This document shows positions 1-14,283 of a stretch of DNA of 64,000 nt, piece after piece. The position numbers were made by a program, and so were the translations under genes. This DNA is from Hydrolagus affinis (lineage: Eukaryota), in assembly GCA_012026655.1 (NCBI GenBank), contig JAAILG010000703.1, forward strand, positions 1 through 64,000. The letters run 5' to 3'. The notes under the pieces are model-generated. The model had not been told where the DNA came from and did no database searches. It saw only the letters and a list, made by a program, of their open reading frames with translations. The first letter of the stretch is position 1. Each line of letters opens with the position of its first letter.

Positions 1-329
1 GACTGAGAGTGAGCGGAGCAGGGCCAGCATTAGTTCAATAGGCAAGAAACATAAAAATTACTTTTGACATTTAACAAGGCAGCAAGCCATTGCTTTTCCA
101 GTACTCTTTGGAATCAAAGGAAAGCCTTGTGGCTTCATGAGCTGAAAACATTTTGTAATCGTCAAATCTCCATATGAAGCATTTGCAGAACAATCAGCAA
201 ATATTTCTGTAGAGCAACAATTCGTTTGAAAATACCACACACCCTGGTAAGGTTTGTTCAGTATTACAGCACTGGAACTCCAGCCCCATAGTTACTGTTA
301 CTCAGTAACGCCAACAATACCCTTCAGCC

Positions 330-555
330 TCTTCAGACTCCATCCCACAGTCCTTTTGCCTTGCTCCCCTTCTTTGCTTCCTTCAAGGCATGTCTTAAGA
401 CCCTCCTCTTCAACCATGCCTTCAGCCACCCTGCTACCCCTATCCCTCCTGATCCCAACCCCCAGCTCGGGTCCAAATCCCTGACTGTACAGCACCTTGG
501 GATATCCTTCTGATGTGAAAGGCGCTATAGAAATGTCATTTGTTATTGTTAGTTG
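330..555 (+). mobile_element. L2 LINE 3' fragment
   Basis: Ends in cagcaccttgggatatccttctgatgtgaaaggcgctatagaaatg...ttgttattgtt, the tail shared with the other L2 copies. Confidence 0.75.
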
Positions 556-1770
556 CAACTACACAATTATGTCAATTACTGAATAGTAAGCCGATTTGTA
601 AGCAGGCAAGTCTATTTAACCATCACACTCACTCACTGAGCTCCTGATAAAATCATAAAATATGTGATATATGCAAAACAGCAGGAACCGTTCAGTACCT
701 GCATGAAACGAGATTATGAAATCCTGATTTAAATCCCCTAAAAACAGATAATTAACAGCAATTTACCAAGCAACTTCGAGCATGACTGTAATTCTATAAT
801 CACATTCATGGAGAAAGAAATGGTCCCACGTGGCTTTGTTGATTTTAGTGAGATTAGTGTGACCTGCTGAGAATTTTGATTAGAAGTTGCTACAGCTCAT
901 AACACAGGAATAACGCAGAAATTGATTGCTCCTTTTAAATTAGATGCTGCAACCGACAGCTCCTTAAATAGGTATTGCACCTCAAAACTTGTGTAAAAGA
1001 GAACTGGAGACTTTATGTATAGATTACTCATGCAGATGATTATCAGACATAGATCACCCAAGATCCGCTGTTAAACCTCACTTTATTTTCCCCCTACGAA
1101 AAAGTAAAAATTCTCCCACAGTCACATCACTTTCCAGTATATCCCGTGAAGCACTTTGTATGGTCGACAACATGATAAGGAGCGAATTGAGCTGGAGGAT
1201 GATTGTTAAATGCACAACATGTACTACATACATTATCCGAGCCACAACATGTACTACATATGAAAAAATTTGCTATTTGCCTATGAGCAAAGCTCGATCA
1301 CTTATATTATGAAGTTACACACAAGAAACATATTCAAAAATCAGAGTTCTCCAAGATTATGAATACAGACTTGCAGGTAGAATGCATCACACTTGGAAAT
1401 GTCATCAAACACACGTTTATGGTGTTGTAATACATATCATTGGGAATAATCATGCCCCAGGATAATAACAGTAAAATGAAGGTGCTGTGAACCAACCATT
1501 AGAATTTTCTAATGCTCAAATAAAACTGGTTTTCAAACAGCTTACAGTAATAACACAGGTTATTTTGTTCCATTCTCTCAATGTGGCAAAGCCATTGATA
1601 TGAGCTAAGTGCTATTTTGCCCCATTTCTTGCAAAGTTATCCCGGTGCACTCATAAATAACTACAGCAATTCAATTTAAAATAATATTACATCAATGCAA
1701 AATAGAAATTTAAAATTAAACTTACAAACGCACAGTACAAAACTCACTAAAGTTAGGAAAGGGAACAGAT

Positions 1771-2109
1771 TAATAATAATAATCCTTCTATTTTATATAG
1801 CGTCTTATCACGTCTTCTAGATATCTCAAAGTATTTCATGGAATATACTGTAAAGTGATTGTAATTTCGTTGGAGAAATCACAGCAGTGTCCCACAAACA
1901 GTCGTGGATTGAAATTATGATTTTTTTTAAGGGATCCCTCAAAATATCCTCGGAAAAGTGATCTGCCATCAATTAACTGGATTCCTACGTAGTAACAGGT
2001 AAACAGAGGCGTGTAGAACAGGGAAACTGAGGCCAATGTTTCACCCTGCCCGGGAATCAAACCCAGATCAAGTGCTGTAACCACTGTAACTACTAAACTA
2101 CAGGACTCC
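1771..2109 (-). mobile_element. tRNA-derived SINE, long form
   Basis: (TAA)n tail at 1771, head ...ctacaggactcc at about 2109; colinear with copies at 23572, 51825 and 61350. Confidence 0.8.
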
Positions 2110-3495
2110 ACAGAATGTTTAGCTATTTAATATATTTTATATTGACCGAAAGAGACTTAATATCCTCTAATTAATTAGCCTCAGGGATTCAGTGTTTCTG
2201 CACAGCTTTTGTCGATAAACAGTACTAACTAAAGTATCCAAACCACAACTGTACTGTACTTCCAACTTTCTGGAATGCTTACAAATAGCAACTAAATCAC
2301 AAGCCTCAAACTGCCCCCAAATTACGTATAACACACGGAATCTAAGATATGAACCTATAATGATCATATTACTGTACATTTAAATATCTCAGCCAGTGTG
2401 GCTCTGTACAGGAATCTGCAAATAGCAGTGCGACAGCATTTGTCGATTTAGCCAATTCTAAACTGGTGCTCGGTGTCAGGAATGCCGGCCGGTCTTAAAT
2501 ACACCACATTACTCATTTATTGGAACTACTATACATTTGTTTTCTCAAAATGTGGTTAAATACTCCCATGATTGACTTCAAGGAAGATGCCCATCTCAAG
2601 GAAGCAGCTTGGAGAATTGCAGAGAAGGCTCTACTACTGCACACTCAGATGATATAAAAATAAGACATTAAATCAATCTGGCGTCATCTTTGTCCTCTGT
2701 TCCCTCTTGGGCTCGGCTCTCCAACAGTCACAGTTTAAACAGTGCAAAAGTGCCTGCAATGGCGCAAGTAAAAATGCACCGTCAAGATTATAGATGCTAA
2801 ACACACACTGACAGGCCAATTAATGTGTGATTTAGTAGTCCAGAGAAGCCTAGCAACAGTCAGAGTGCTAGTAAGCTTTCTGCGCAAAGTTACAGAACTA
2901 TAGTCTCCATGTAACTAATTCCAACAAAAGAATACTGCCTCACTATGGGTGAATAGTTTGGCTTTGAGACATTTGTTATTCAACACACGTTATTCAACAG
3001 TGCACTTTTTTACCCAACCGCTGAAGACAGTGGATGAATGCTACCCAAAACCTTCTGAACATCCCAAGAGGATTTTTCTCATTCGTCCACAGAGAGATAA
3101 ATCAGTGTGTTTGCTAAAAGTACCATTTGTAAACGAGAAGGGCACTGGAATTGGCAAGTGAAGACAAAAAAAGCAGCAAAGTAGCAAACAAGCCCTCATC
3201 CAGAAGTAAAGAGGTCCAAAGGTCACACTGTAACTACTTTCCATTACAGATGTCACTGCAATGATCAGGCTCTCTTCTAACCACTTACAATGAACACTGC
3301 ATCCAGCCTGAGATGCAGAAGCGAAATCATAAGATGTTGGTACATACAGGCACGGATAACTACAAGGTGAACAATTTTACCTGAGCGGAACAAGGTGGAG
3401 ACATAGATAATGTAAGTTCACAGATAGACATAACAATGCATGCACACGCACGCAGAATTAAAGTGGCAGAAAGTGCATAGACACACACACCCTGA

Positions 3496-3895
3496 CATAG
3501 AATCATAGAATGTTACGGCACAGAAAGAGGCCATTCAGCCCATCGAGTCCGTGCCGGCTCTTTGACCGAGCAAGTCACTTTCATTCACCTCAATCACCAG
3601 CTTTCTCCCCATAACCCTGCAAACCCGTCTTCCCCAGATACCTATCTAGTTCTCTCTTAAAAGCTGCTATCGAATCAGACCTCACTACCCTTTCAGGTAG
3701 ATCATTCCAGATTTGAACAACTCGCTGAGTAAAAAAATTTCTTCTAACCTCCCCTCTGCTTCTTTTGGTAGATATCTTAAGACTGTGACCACGGGTCACA
3801 GACACACCTACCAGCGGAAACAGCTTTTCCCTATCTATCCTGTCGAAACCTTTCATGATCTTGAAGACCTCTATCAGGTCCCTGCGTAACCTTCT
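3496..3895 (-). mobile_element. CR1 LINE 3' end
   Basis: ORF 3590-3907 RRLRRDLIEVFKIMKGFD...FFTQRVVQIWNDLP matches the CR1 ORF2 C-terminus; (ATTCTATG)n tail at 3496. Confidence 0.9.
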
Positions 3896-4259
3896 ACATA
3901 TCCACAATGGGGCTGCCCCACTGTGGGCTCATTCAGTACAGCTATTGGTCTCTCTACTGTAATCATCACACACGATTCTGCTCATTAGTCTCCATTGAAC
4001 TCCATCAAGATAAATGACCCAGGAATAATTTCCAAATTCCATTAGTTTGGATACTCTGGGTTTTATGCATTTCTGGGTCTGACAACTCACATTTTCACAC
4101 AAAAAATTCCAGCTCATCTCAACAGTATTATCCTCACTCATCTGGAGAAATTAGCCTTGTTGGCGCTTTTACAAACGCTTACAGTATTTGAAATAAGGTA
4201 GCACCTTTGTTTTTGTTTGCTTCCGTTGATCCTGTTGGATAAATATCTCTTATTAAAGG

Positions 4260-4453
4260 GAAATAAAAACAGAAGCAACTGGAAGCACTCAGCAGGTCAG
4301 GCAGCATCTATATAGAGAGGAAAATCAATTAACATTCAAAGTCAATGTCCTTTCATCAGCATCTTTCTCCATAGACGTTGCCTGACCTGCTCAGTGTTCC
4401 CAGTAGCTGTTTTTATCTCAGATTTCAAACATCTGCAGTATCTTGCCTTTTGT
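4260..4453. mobile_element. Fold-back element resembling a Penelope pseudo-LTR, with degenerate hammerhead motif
   Basis: Inverted arms (ctcagcaggtcaggcagcatcta / tagacgttgcctgacctgctcag). The spacer on the minus strand reads CTGATGA-aagg-acattga-cttt-GAAtgtt. Confidence 0.7.
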
Positions 4454-4936
4454 CATCTTAAAGAGACAATTTCTCTGCCAAAGAGATCCAATCTAAAATA
4501 TCTCCTAGACTTATTGCAAAAACTTAAAAGATTTCTCCTACTTACAAGCTCCAAATTGTAACTGAACAGGTCACCTTTCAGAGCTCAAAATGAGGCTCAG
4601 ATGAGTTCCATCCCAGTGACAGACTAATATTATCTGATCAAGGTCTTGGCTGCTAATGATTTTGTTCATGCTATTCCATTCCATTCCCACGTACTATAAT
4701 CTGCGACAGACACTGTAGTAGAAATGTTTGCCAGATTATACAATACTTAGTTAGCACTTACTAAGATATACACAATTCATAGTTGTCTTTGGTTTTCTCT
4801 GCACACTCACAGCATGCGAATCTAAGAACACACAGATCCTCATTTTAATTCTGTTCTGCATACAATATTTAAATCTATGGAAATGTTTGTGTAAATATTT
4901 CTGCAAAATACTCAAATGAATATATAGCTATGCAAA

Positions 4937-5165
4937 GTAGAATCATAGAATTATACAGCAAAAAAGGAGGCCATTTGGCCCAATGTGTCCATGCCAGCCA
5001 GTTCTTTGAAAGAGCTGTCTAAATTAATCTAACTCCCCCCATTCTCTCTCCATAGCCCTGCAAATTTGTCTTCCACAAATATCTAACTGCAGCACTTCTC
5101 TCTTGAAAGTTGTTATTCCACCTTTCAGGCAATGCATTCCGAATCCGAACAACTCGCTGTGTGAG
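4937..5165 (-). mobile_element. CR1 LINE 3' fragment
   Basis: tagaatcatagaat tail and ggaggccatttggccc motif; homologous to 3496-3730. Confidence 0.8.
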
Positions 5166-8100
5166 TAGATTACTTTTATTTGGATGCAACTTCTCAAAAG
5201 TTAAATTATCATTCGCAAAACATTTTCTGACTTTTGATCAGTGGTATAAGCACCAGGCTGAGAACAATCACAGGCTCAATTTTCTCAGTGTATATGCATG
5301 GCCTGAGGGTACTACTGTAGTATGCTCATGTTACTGGTAGAACATGGGTTCATGAAGATAATTCCACACCTAGCAAGCTACCAACGTCAGATTGGCAAAG
5401 GAAAAAAACTAAGGTCATGACAATCCTAGATACACTCCTTAGCAGGTTATTAAATACTACTAGCGACCTAGACAGGAATGTCCAGGCTCCACAAGAGTCG
5501 AAAGGAAAAAATAAACAAAGTTTGTGTGTGCATGCGCGTGTGTGGATAAGAGTGAGAGGTGGGGGGAAGAGATTATTTTAATTTTATAATTTTAGTTAAT
5601 GATTACCCTTCTAGTAACAGCTGTACATTAAACAGCTATTGTTAATATTTTAAAAACAAGTCTTACATTTAGAGCTGGACTAGATTTCTAAGAACGCATA
5701 GTCTTGTTTATTTACTACAAGACCTGATAATTGTTCAAGTTAATCCTTAACAATAGTGCGACTGAAAGAAAAAAAGCTGTTACATTTATACCATGCTACC
5801 AAACTACTTATTTCTCTGAGTGCCTAACAGAAGTATGAGCTTTTAAGAGGCTGTCAAAAGTTCTACCATCTACCAAAGTCAGGACTCAAACTTGGGGCCT
5901 CATTGGTTTTTTTGGGGGTGGGGGGGGGGGGGAGAAAGAAACTCAACTCGGAATCACAGCAGCACTTGGACTGCAAAACTGAGAGAATCAGAAAGCTTTT
6001 AATGCTGACTACTCTACTCACTGCCGACAACCAGAAACTAGTCACAGACAAGAGAAGAGGCATTTATACAAGGAATTTCACTCTGTTACTTACGAGTAAA
6101 CGACTAGAGTACAGCAGTGGAAGGCAAACATAAAGTTTCACGGACTTTAATGTGAGGACAGATATTTGAAGTTAGGCCAACATTTTATCAAGAAAAACAA
6201 GACCTTAATCTCAAGAACCTGCATGTTAGAGCAGTCACTACCAGCAGCAATGCATCTGTTTTACAAATCAGGGACAAGCTCTGCCTACGCTCACACACTA
6301 ACAGAACACAAATTAAATTTGTATTGTGTTTAAAGCTACTTATCTGGAAAGCAACCTTACCTTTAACTGCTCCTTAACTGGGCATGGTTAGATGCGTAAA
6401 AGAATAGAGGATTCCCTCATCACCAGAACCCAGCAGCAACAAGTTGGCATCCTTTCGTAATCTTCTGTCTGGCTCTTACGCATTGAAGAAAATTACAAAC
6501 AAGCATACAAACAGATCTCACTACACACAGGAGCGTTCCCACACAGGTAAACTGAAGGCCCACAAACAAAAGTTTGAAAACTCTGAAGTTCAAAGCAAGA
6601 GTGTCTGGAGTCTCCTCCTGAGCAGGAAGCCTGCAGTCAGCCAGGCAGCTGCAAACTGGCTGCAACCCCCTAGCAGATGGTGTTCACACATTCTCAACAA
6701 GCTGAATTCCTTGGTTAGAGCCAATCACCGAAAGCCTTTCGAGACACTGCACTGAATAACCTAGCGTCTTACAGACGGCACTGCAGCTTCACCATAACAA
6801 GCTAAATAAGCTTCACACAATGGAATAGCATGCAAAGCAGCAGCTACTCCAGACAAAACTGGAGGATCAATTTAAGGTTAAGAATTAAGCACGCATAAAA
6901 AACACCTGTCTGAGCAATACTGTTCACTGATGCCTTCTCCAGGAGTTTCTAAAAGGGGTTAACATTAAACAAAACACAGCAAGAAATGCTGGCTGGAATT
7001 TTGCGTTGCATTAAGCAGAGAAGTTTACCGGTATTACAGATCTCAAACACTTCACCGGTTTTCATACCAGCAGAATTTACACAATTACCGTTCTGTAATC
7101 TAGCGCAAATAAATAGCCCCACAAAATGAACAACAAAGAGGACTTATCTTCATACCTTTGCATGTGGGTAAGAAAGAACACAAAGCTGAATGGGTAGTAA
7201 CCATTTCAGGGCTAGAGTTGACTAGTGGTCTACCCTGCAGCAGTTTATTTTTCCCCCCAGAAATCGTCTTGTGATCTAAAATCCATGTCATATCATTATT
7301 CTTCGTTCTACTGTTAGCCTGACCTCATCTGGATAGTTGACTCCCACCACGTTAGAAACAGCCAGAAGTACTCCACCAGCTCCCAAGCACGTAAAACCGA
7401 GTGCATTGAGATGTTAACCTCATTCTAACCTCAGTGCTGTCCTGAATGAACAATTACAACCTGAACACTTTAGTATTTCACTTCTGCCAACTGTAGAGGA
7501 TGAACAAACTGGAGCTATTAGGATGTTCGCGTACAGAATGCTCAACAGCACTCTCCTCTTCACGGTCCTCCTCTTCCTCTCCACCCCACTGCCCCATGAA
7601 CATTTTCATGTTTTTAGTATACAGTTCAAGTGTATACTTTTCTCTTTACCCTGGATCTAAATGCATTCAATCCATTTACTATTCTAGCAAACACAACATT
7701 TGTGGGAGGGGTGTGCCCTTCAATTCAATATATAAAAAACATGTGGTAGTATTGCATTGCATTCGGTGGAAATACTTTCCGCTGAATATAGTACTGTCAT
7801 TAAGTTTAGTTCAATTGTTGATGAGCTCACCATAGAGCACATATAAAACGCTGTGACATTGTACATCTGACCGTGGGAATGTGATTATTGGAGGAATAAT
7901 GTTTTCTAGGAAGGAGTAAACACATTTTGTACTTCACAGCTGTGCAGAATAATTCGTACAACAAAACCTGTTCTGAAAGTATAACAAATGTTCACATTAA
8001 AACAGCAATAGGACCTGGAATTCATTCAAATGAGAGGAATGCACTGATTTACCAAAGTGACCAAGAAGACAGCAGTCTCAGAGAGCACCAGATGGACTTG

Positions 8101-8204
8101 ACAAATCAGCTATCAAACTGCCAAAAGTTAAAGCTATGTCCCTCAAGCAGCACACTGCTCGCCACAAAATGAATGCATAACAAAAGGCTTTTGCTCACGT
8201 TGTC

Positions 8205-8752
8205 CAATGACACTCCAGTGAAACACTTTTCACAGGTGTCTTTCGCCACCTGATGCTAAACTGAGGTCTCATCTGCCTGTTCTGGTAGTTCAGATAGATT
8301 CCATATAAAACAATCATGGAGTTATTACTGAGTCCTCGGAAATATATCCACCCACATTTCTATTTAAACAACAATCCTTGTTTTACATAAGCCAAATGTC
8401 CCAAAGTCTATTCTAAAAGGAAAATAATTATAAATGAAGTGAATGCTATATAGATAAACATGACAGCTAACTTGTGTTAGTAATATGACACAGTAAATTG
8501 CCAATTAACCTGAATTTTGAGATAGTAAATTTGGATTAAAATAAGAATGTTTGCTAGGACACATTACATTTAGAATTATCTGCATATAAGGTAAAAAGGA
8601 AATTCAGCAAATACAGCCAGATTAACTGGTCATTCATCTGATTATGTATTTAACACATCACATCACTACACGTCAAAGTAATTCATTGAGTGAAGTGTTG
8701 CAAGATGCTTCAAAGTGTTGAGACACTGCAACAAATACAAGGATTATCATTA
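8205..8752 (+). mobile_element. Old DeuSINE-like remnant (fragmented)
   Basis: gatgctaaactgaggtctcatctgcctg central motif, then a degenerate tail ending aaatacaaggattatcatt. Confidence 0.45.
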
Positions 8753-9559
8753 GTCTAGAAAAAAAATCCTACAACCTGCATTTTTCATTTAGCTTCAATT
8801 GGCTAGTATTTTCAGGGAGCAATGTAGCTGTTAAACAACAATTTTAGAACTCGCCCCATGATAATAATGATGACGATGATGTGGATGAGTGTTCATCCAG
8901 ACAATCTTGTGATCTTTGTAGATAAATCACCCAGAAATATAGATTTTGTTTTAAAAAAAATCACATCAACATCTTAGCTTCAAGATAAGAGCACATGAAA
9001 CCTTTTTCTATTTTTTTCTACAAGATATTTAAGCATTTTTAGGCAATTACTAGATGCCCCAGCAAAAGGATTTTTAGAACTAAATGACATTGCACATTCC
9101 TATGTGCAACCTGGATACTTTGCACAACCTGGACTCTTTGTAATTTAGACAAGCCAGAGACAGGTTGGTCAACTATCAATAATGTCTTGTATTCTGTGAC
9201 CCTTCAATAGTAGCCGCTTCAAAATGTATGCCACTCATCTGACCCGCCTGCTCGAGGATATTTTTAGACATGGTGCTCATTTTATCAACCTCAAGAGTGA
9301 GCATTCTGCTTCAAACCCAAAACCTTGGGTTAACCGACTGAGTAATCTGGGAAGTTATAACCATAGTTAAAAAGTTGAGGATATATTGAGAATAACATTA
9401 GACTGACGTCACTCGGAAGAATGTAAATACAAAACAAACATTTTGGGGATTCAGCTCAAAACTCCACTTAATTTGTGAGATAAATTGTGCAATAGCCAAA
9501 TGCCAACTTTAACAATCTCATAAATGTTTAAACCGTGTAGTAAAGATCGAAAGCTTTAC

Positions 9560-10130
9560 CCATAGGATTCAATTCAAGATCCTGGTCTCCACCTTTAATG
9601 CCCTCCATGGCCTTGCCACGACCACATCATTCCCAACCTCGCCCGGCTCCATTGGCTCCCCATCCCCCAGAGGATCGAATTCAAGATCCTCGTCCTCACT
9701 TTCAAGGCCATTCTCAGCCTTGCCCCCTCCTATTTCTTCGTTCTGCTGACTCCCTATCAACCTGCCCGCCCCCTCCGATCAGCAGGTTCCGGTCTGCTCC
9801 ATGTCCCCCGCTCGACCGATCGGTGGCCAGGCTTTCAGCCTCTCTGCCCCACACTCTGGAACTCTACCCCACAGTCCCTTTGCCTCGCTTCCTTCCTTGC
9901 TTCCTTCAAGGCCTGTTTCAAGACCCTCTTCTTCTATCATGCCTTCTGCTGCCGTCCCAACTCTCTCCCTCCCCCCACCCTGTCCCGCCTCTTTGCTTGG
10001 GTCCTGCCCTGTTCAGCATCTTGGGAAGTTCTCCGGTTGTGAATGGCGCTCTATAAATCTAAGGTTTTTTTGCCGTTGTTGTTGCCCTATCCTACCTCTG
10101 CGACCTCCTACCAACTCTCTACCAACCTAA
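9560..10130 (+). mobile_element. L2 3' fragment nested inside another L2 fragment
   Basis: Inner copy about 9625-10085 (RLHWLPI-coding region through the tail). The outer copy is split between about 9560-9625 and 10086-10130. Confidence 0.75.
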
Positions 10131-10132
10131 CT

Positions 10133-10440
10133 GCCTTTCACATTGGGAGGATGTCCCAAGGCACTGGACAGTGAGTGTTTCAGATCTGAGCTAGTGTTGG
10201 ATCGAAGATGGTGGAGGGAAAGGAGGGATGACCGATGGCACCGTCAAAGCGGAGGGTCTTGAGGTGGGACTTGAAGGAGGCTTGGGAAAGGGTGAGGCGG
10301 AGTGATTGACGGATGGAATTCCGGTTGGGTGCAGAGTGGCTGAAGGCTTGCCCAGCAATGGTGGGGCAAGGACATGGAGCAGAGCGAGGGAACATACAGA
10401 TTGGTAGGAGGTTACTGAGGTAGGGGCATGGCAAGGCCAA
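10133..10440 (-). mobile_element. L2 3' fragment
   Basis: Reverse complement of the L2 tail (gcctttcacattgggaggatgtcccaaggcactggaca) plus 3' body. Confidence 0.8.
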
Positions 10441-13400
10441 ATGATTTCTTTTGGAAGAGAACCGATGGTATTTCTTTGGTGTTTAATGGGGAACTGGAAG
10501 AGAGAAGCGTGGAAGAACATCTTAATTAGGATTAGGATTCCAAAGGGTAGACATAAACTGAACCTAATAATATATAATGATAATGACAAAGATCAAAACC
10601 ACTTTGGTCTGTATGGTAAAGTGCTGACTGGAAGGTAACTTCATTCACCCACCCTGCTATCAGAGCAGCTAAACCTCAATTACAGGAACCAGCTCCCAAA
10701 TAGCCTCCTAATAACCGTACTAGCCTGGCCGCTCCCTATACTCACAGTGGCTCTTGCCTGTTTCATGTCCCTTATCCTACTGACCCCGCAACAAGGGGCG
10801 GGATTTCAGCCTATCTGCCCTGACTCTCTGGTCAGGGCAGATTCACTCCCTTCCTCATCTCATGCAAGATCCAACTCAAGACCTACCTCTTTTTACAATT
10901 TTTCCAAACTAGGACTGTTAAGGAGCTTGGGACATCATGTCTTTAAAAAATTCTAAAATTGACTCTTCGGCCTTCTGGGTTATTTTACATTCTCACAGCT
11001 AATGATGTAAATACATGTAATTTAGGCAAAAATCAAGTTCCTAAAACTCACGCCAAAACAACATGTGTTGTTCGTTCTACTTCCTGCTGATTACATCGGA
11101 CCAGCATTGCTGTGATTCAGTAAAAATAAAATAGGAGTTAAGCTTCATCTTCTACAAAGAAAATGATGTAAAAAAAACAAGAAAAGGGTGGAGAGATTGC
11201 AGAAGAAAATCTTTGATCACATTCCACATTGGGGTTATTAAACACAACAGACTGTTTGTGTATTTTTCCACACTAATGAGAAACTTTCTTCCAAAAACAG
11301 CCAAAGTTCGTTAGCTCAATTCTTCCACCTTCTCAGGACGCTAAGGCTTTGCTGGGTCATGGTTAGACTGACTAGTTTGGTACTTCATCCAAAAATTCAC
11401 CTCAACACCTTAAGCTAAGTGCACATGAAATCTTTCTTCATCACATTTGATGAGTCATCATGTGTGAAATCCACCAATCCGCCCACTCAGTGCATTTATT
11501 ACACTAAGTTATAAACCATTTCACAGTTTGATGTAATCAGAGGAATCGTAGCTAGCAAATTAGACTGGCATTGATTTAAAAAAAACACTTCATATGACAA
11601 ATGTCAACTCTACAGAGCTGTCCTTCATTACAATCCAAACTTCAGAACAACAGCCATTTATCAACCAGTATTTTCACACTGATATGATATTTCTGGGCAA
11701 ATACTATTTCCTCTATAATGTGTAGTGAACATAAAATTCAGGATTACTAGTTGAAATCCAGTGGTACAAAACGCTTCAGTTCATATCAAATCAGCTGATT
11801 GTGAGCGCAAAGGCATTTGTTGCTGTCTGTAACAATATCAAGGGCCAGAAAAACAATTTCTTGATGAAAACTTACTAAAACTGTCCTATAAACTCTTAAC
11901 GTTAACTCATGCCTGAGTTGGAGGGTTTTTCAAGGATGACAGCATTAAACCTCTCAACCGGTTTGTGAAATTGGAACCCAGAGGCTGCTCTGATTTAGCA
12001 TAGTCTATGTCTTTACATTGCCTCGATGAAGTTTACTGTCCTATAAATATGGAATTAAATAGCAAGAGTGCATAGTAAGTTCTTTTTCAAGTCCAGAGTC
12101 TGCTTTCTGGCTTAGTTAGAATTTCCTCAGCATTCACTGGGTTCTAAATTTAGTTCATAAAGTACAGGGCAACCCCATTATCATGTGGTTGGGCTGGGTT
12201 TAATCACAGAAGATGCATTCAAATGAAAAATAAAGTCTTTACTTTTGAGTTGCAGTTTGGCTCTGAGATGTGAATGTTGTGTGTCGTGTGATGTTGGACA
12301 AAGCAATTCCCCAAACCTGGACATCTGCTGTATTTAGGGTAAAAGAGAAGAAAGACACTTGATGCATGTAGAGGCGTCCACAAGGTATCCGTGTTAAAAG
12401 CAAACGCACACTCTAGTGAGGTGTTTGATGGGTTTGCGCTCGATGTGCCAATATTAATACTGGTCAGTCAATTATTAATTATATTTTTGTTTCACAAGTT
12501 ATTTCATGGTTTTATTAATAGGACTCATAAAACCAATATACTGTACAAAGGTCAATGGTTGATGAATGGGGAGGAAAGGCTGGAGCTTTAATTATATGGT
12601 CAATAATATAGCCAATTAATGAGAGTATTATTTTCCATGCTCTCTGGAAACATATTCATTTATCAATCCACTCAGGATTGAATTTAGTAAAGGCCAAGGT
12701 ACAAATTAACCAGACACATTTTAGCCACATTTTCCTACTTGGTCACAGACAAGTACAAACTACGAGGTCTATTAAAGTGTTGACAGCTGGAACTGTACAG
12801 AAATGGAAAATTCCCACCATCAGAGTAGTGGAGGTGTTCTTTTAACAGTCTGATTTAAAATGCACGATTGGCCAATGTATTAGAAACACGATTCTACATC
12901 TGTTTTATGTTATACCCCTAATCTGTAAGGATGTTGACAACGGATGTCTAAAGTGAAGAGCACTCTCACAGAACAGTTCTCAACTTGACGACTAACAAAC
13001 TGTGTGTAAAGAAGAAAAATATATGACAAATAGGGCAGCCTATAAAATAGTTAAAAAGTAATATATTTACATACAGTAGTTACACATAGGATCAATACTG
13101 CAATAAAATCCATTCCCACACTGGTTAGAAGATATCAATAATGGTCCCAGCTATTAGCAGGTCAATTCAACTTCATTGTTCCGAGATACATATTGTGGAA
13201 TGTTACAATCATAAAGTGAGTTCATGCTGGGATTTCAATGTCAAGTCAGATAAGTGAAGATGCAAAGTAACCACACCCTTTATTCTGCCCCCCAAAGGTG
13301 CCTTTTATTTCCCACAAGAATCATCAGTGTGACTTCTCAGAACAAACTTACCAATTTATATAAGTGTTCCAGGTTAGTAATGCCAATCACTGCTATTGCC

Positions 13401-14283
13401 AGGAGCCAAAAGAGATTAAAACATAACGATTCTTTTTGATTTTCAGACTAAATTATGAGGTTTCTTGGGAATTGCAACAAGGTTACAAGCTGCTCATGTG
13501 GTGCCAAGGATGAGGAGGAGGACTGGAGTACAGTACTCTACATTGAAAGATTTGCTCTAAACTGTAATGATTTGTTTCAAGTCAAACGGTCTGTGCATAC
13601 AGATGAACTGACCTCTCTCTGTGGCCGAACCTCTCTGTTCGAGCACAGTTTAAATGTTCAATCGTAAGGTTCAAAAGTTTATAAAGAACCACAAGTGGTT
13701 CATTAGTTGGTTTTGGAAGAAGCAGCCCCAATTTTCAGGATTAACGTAATTGGCTGAAGTCGTGGTTTTTAAAAAAAAATATTTTAAGATATCGACCAGT
13801 AAAAGAAAGAAACAATCTCAAGACCAACACAAAGAGAAATAACAAGAGGTTGTTTGACAGCCAGTCAGCGCTGAATAGATGACGTTAACAACAAATGTTC
13901 AGGGATTTCAAGACCTGATACTTTGGAGAAAAGCGGTTGAATGATTTCAGGTACTTTAGATCAAAGATAGCATCAGGAATTGTGTAAAGTGTTTTATTTG
14001 AGTTTGCTAATTACAGAAGTTAAATATCAACGTATCTTCAACACACGGAAACACCAGCACCATTGCACTAGTGAGAAAGTATGGCATTCGCAAATCAGTC
14101 AATTCCTAATTGGAATTATTACCACAGCTACCATTTTGTTTTAGGGACAAAAGTTGAACCAAAGGTTTGAAACTAGCAAGACACCAGTCGCTAAAACTGC
14201 CTTCGACCTTGCATTTTGACATATTGGATTTCATCTGCTTTGTTTCATTATTTGTGGTTGAACGAACCATTCACCATCCATCC

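Noticed and set aside
1213-1260. 18-bp direct repeat with a 12-bp spacer (CRISPR-like)
   Set aside because: Only two units, in eukaryotic DNA; an ordinary local duplication.
3375-3405. Mini first exon MSPPCSAQ|gtaaaa
   Set aside because: Phase 0 does not fit the phase 1 junction expected after the 130-nt exon; no other support.
4331-4359. Currently active hammerhead ribozyme
   Set aside because: The GAAA box reads GAAU and no clear stem I remains; no copy in the window has both boxes intact.
5905-5932. Poly-T/poly-G tract as a functional G-quadruplex (also 36060-36085 and 59550-59563)
   Set aside because: Simple low-complexity runs, common in introns, with no supporting context.
6444-6755. 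103-aa plus-strand ORF (similarly 16265-16681, 17705-17935, 52655-53050)
   Set aside because: No recognisable homology or splice structure, several overlap repeats, and the lengths are expected by chance.
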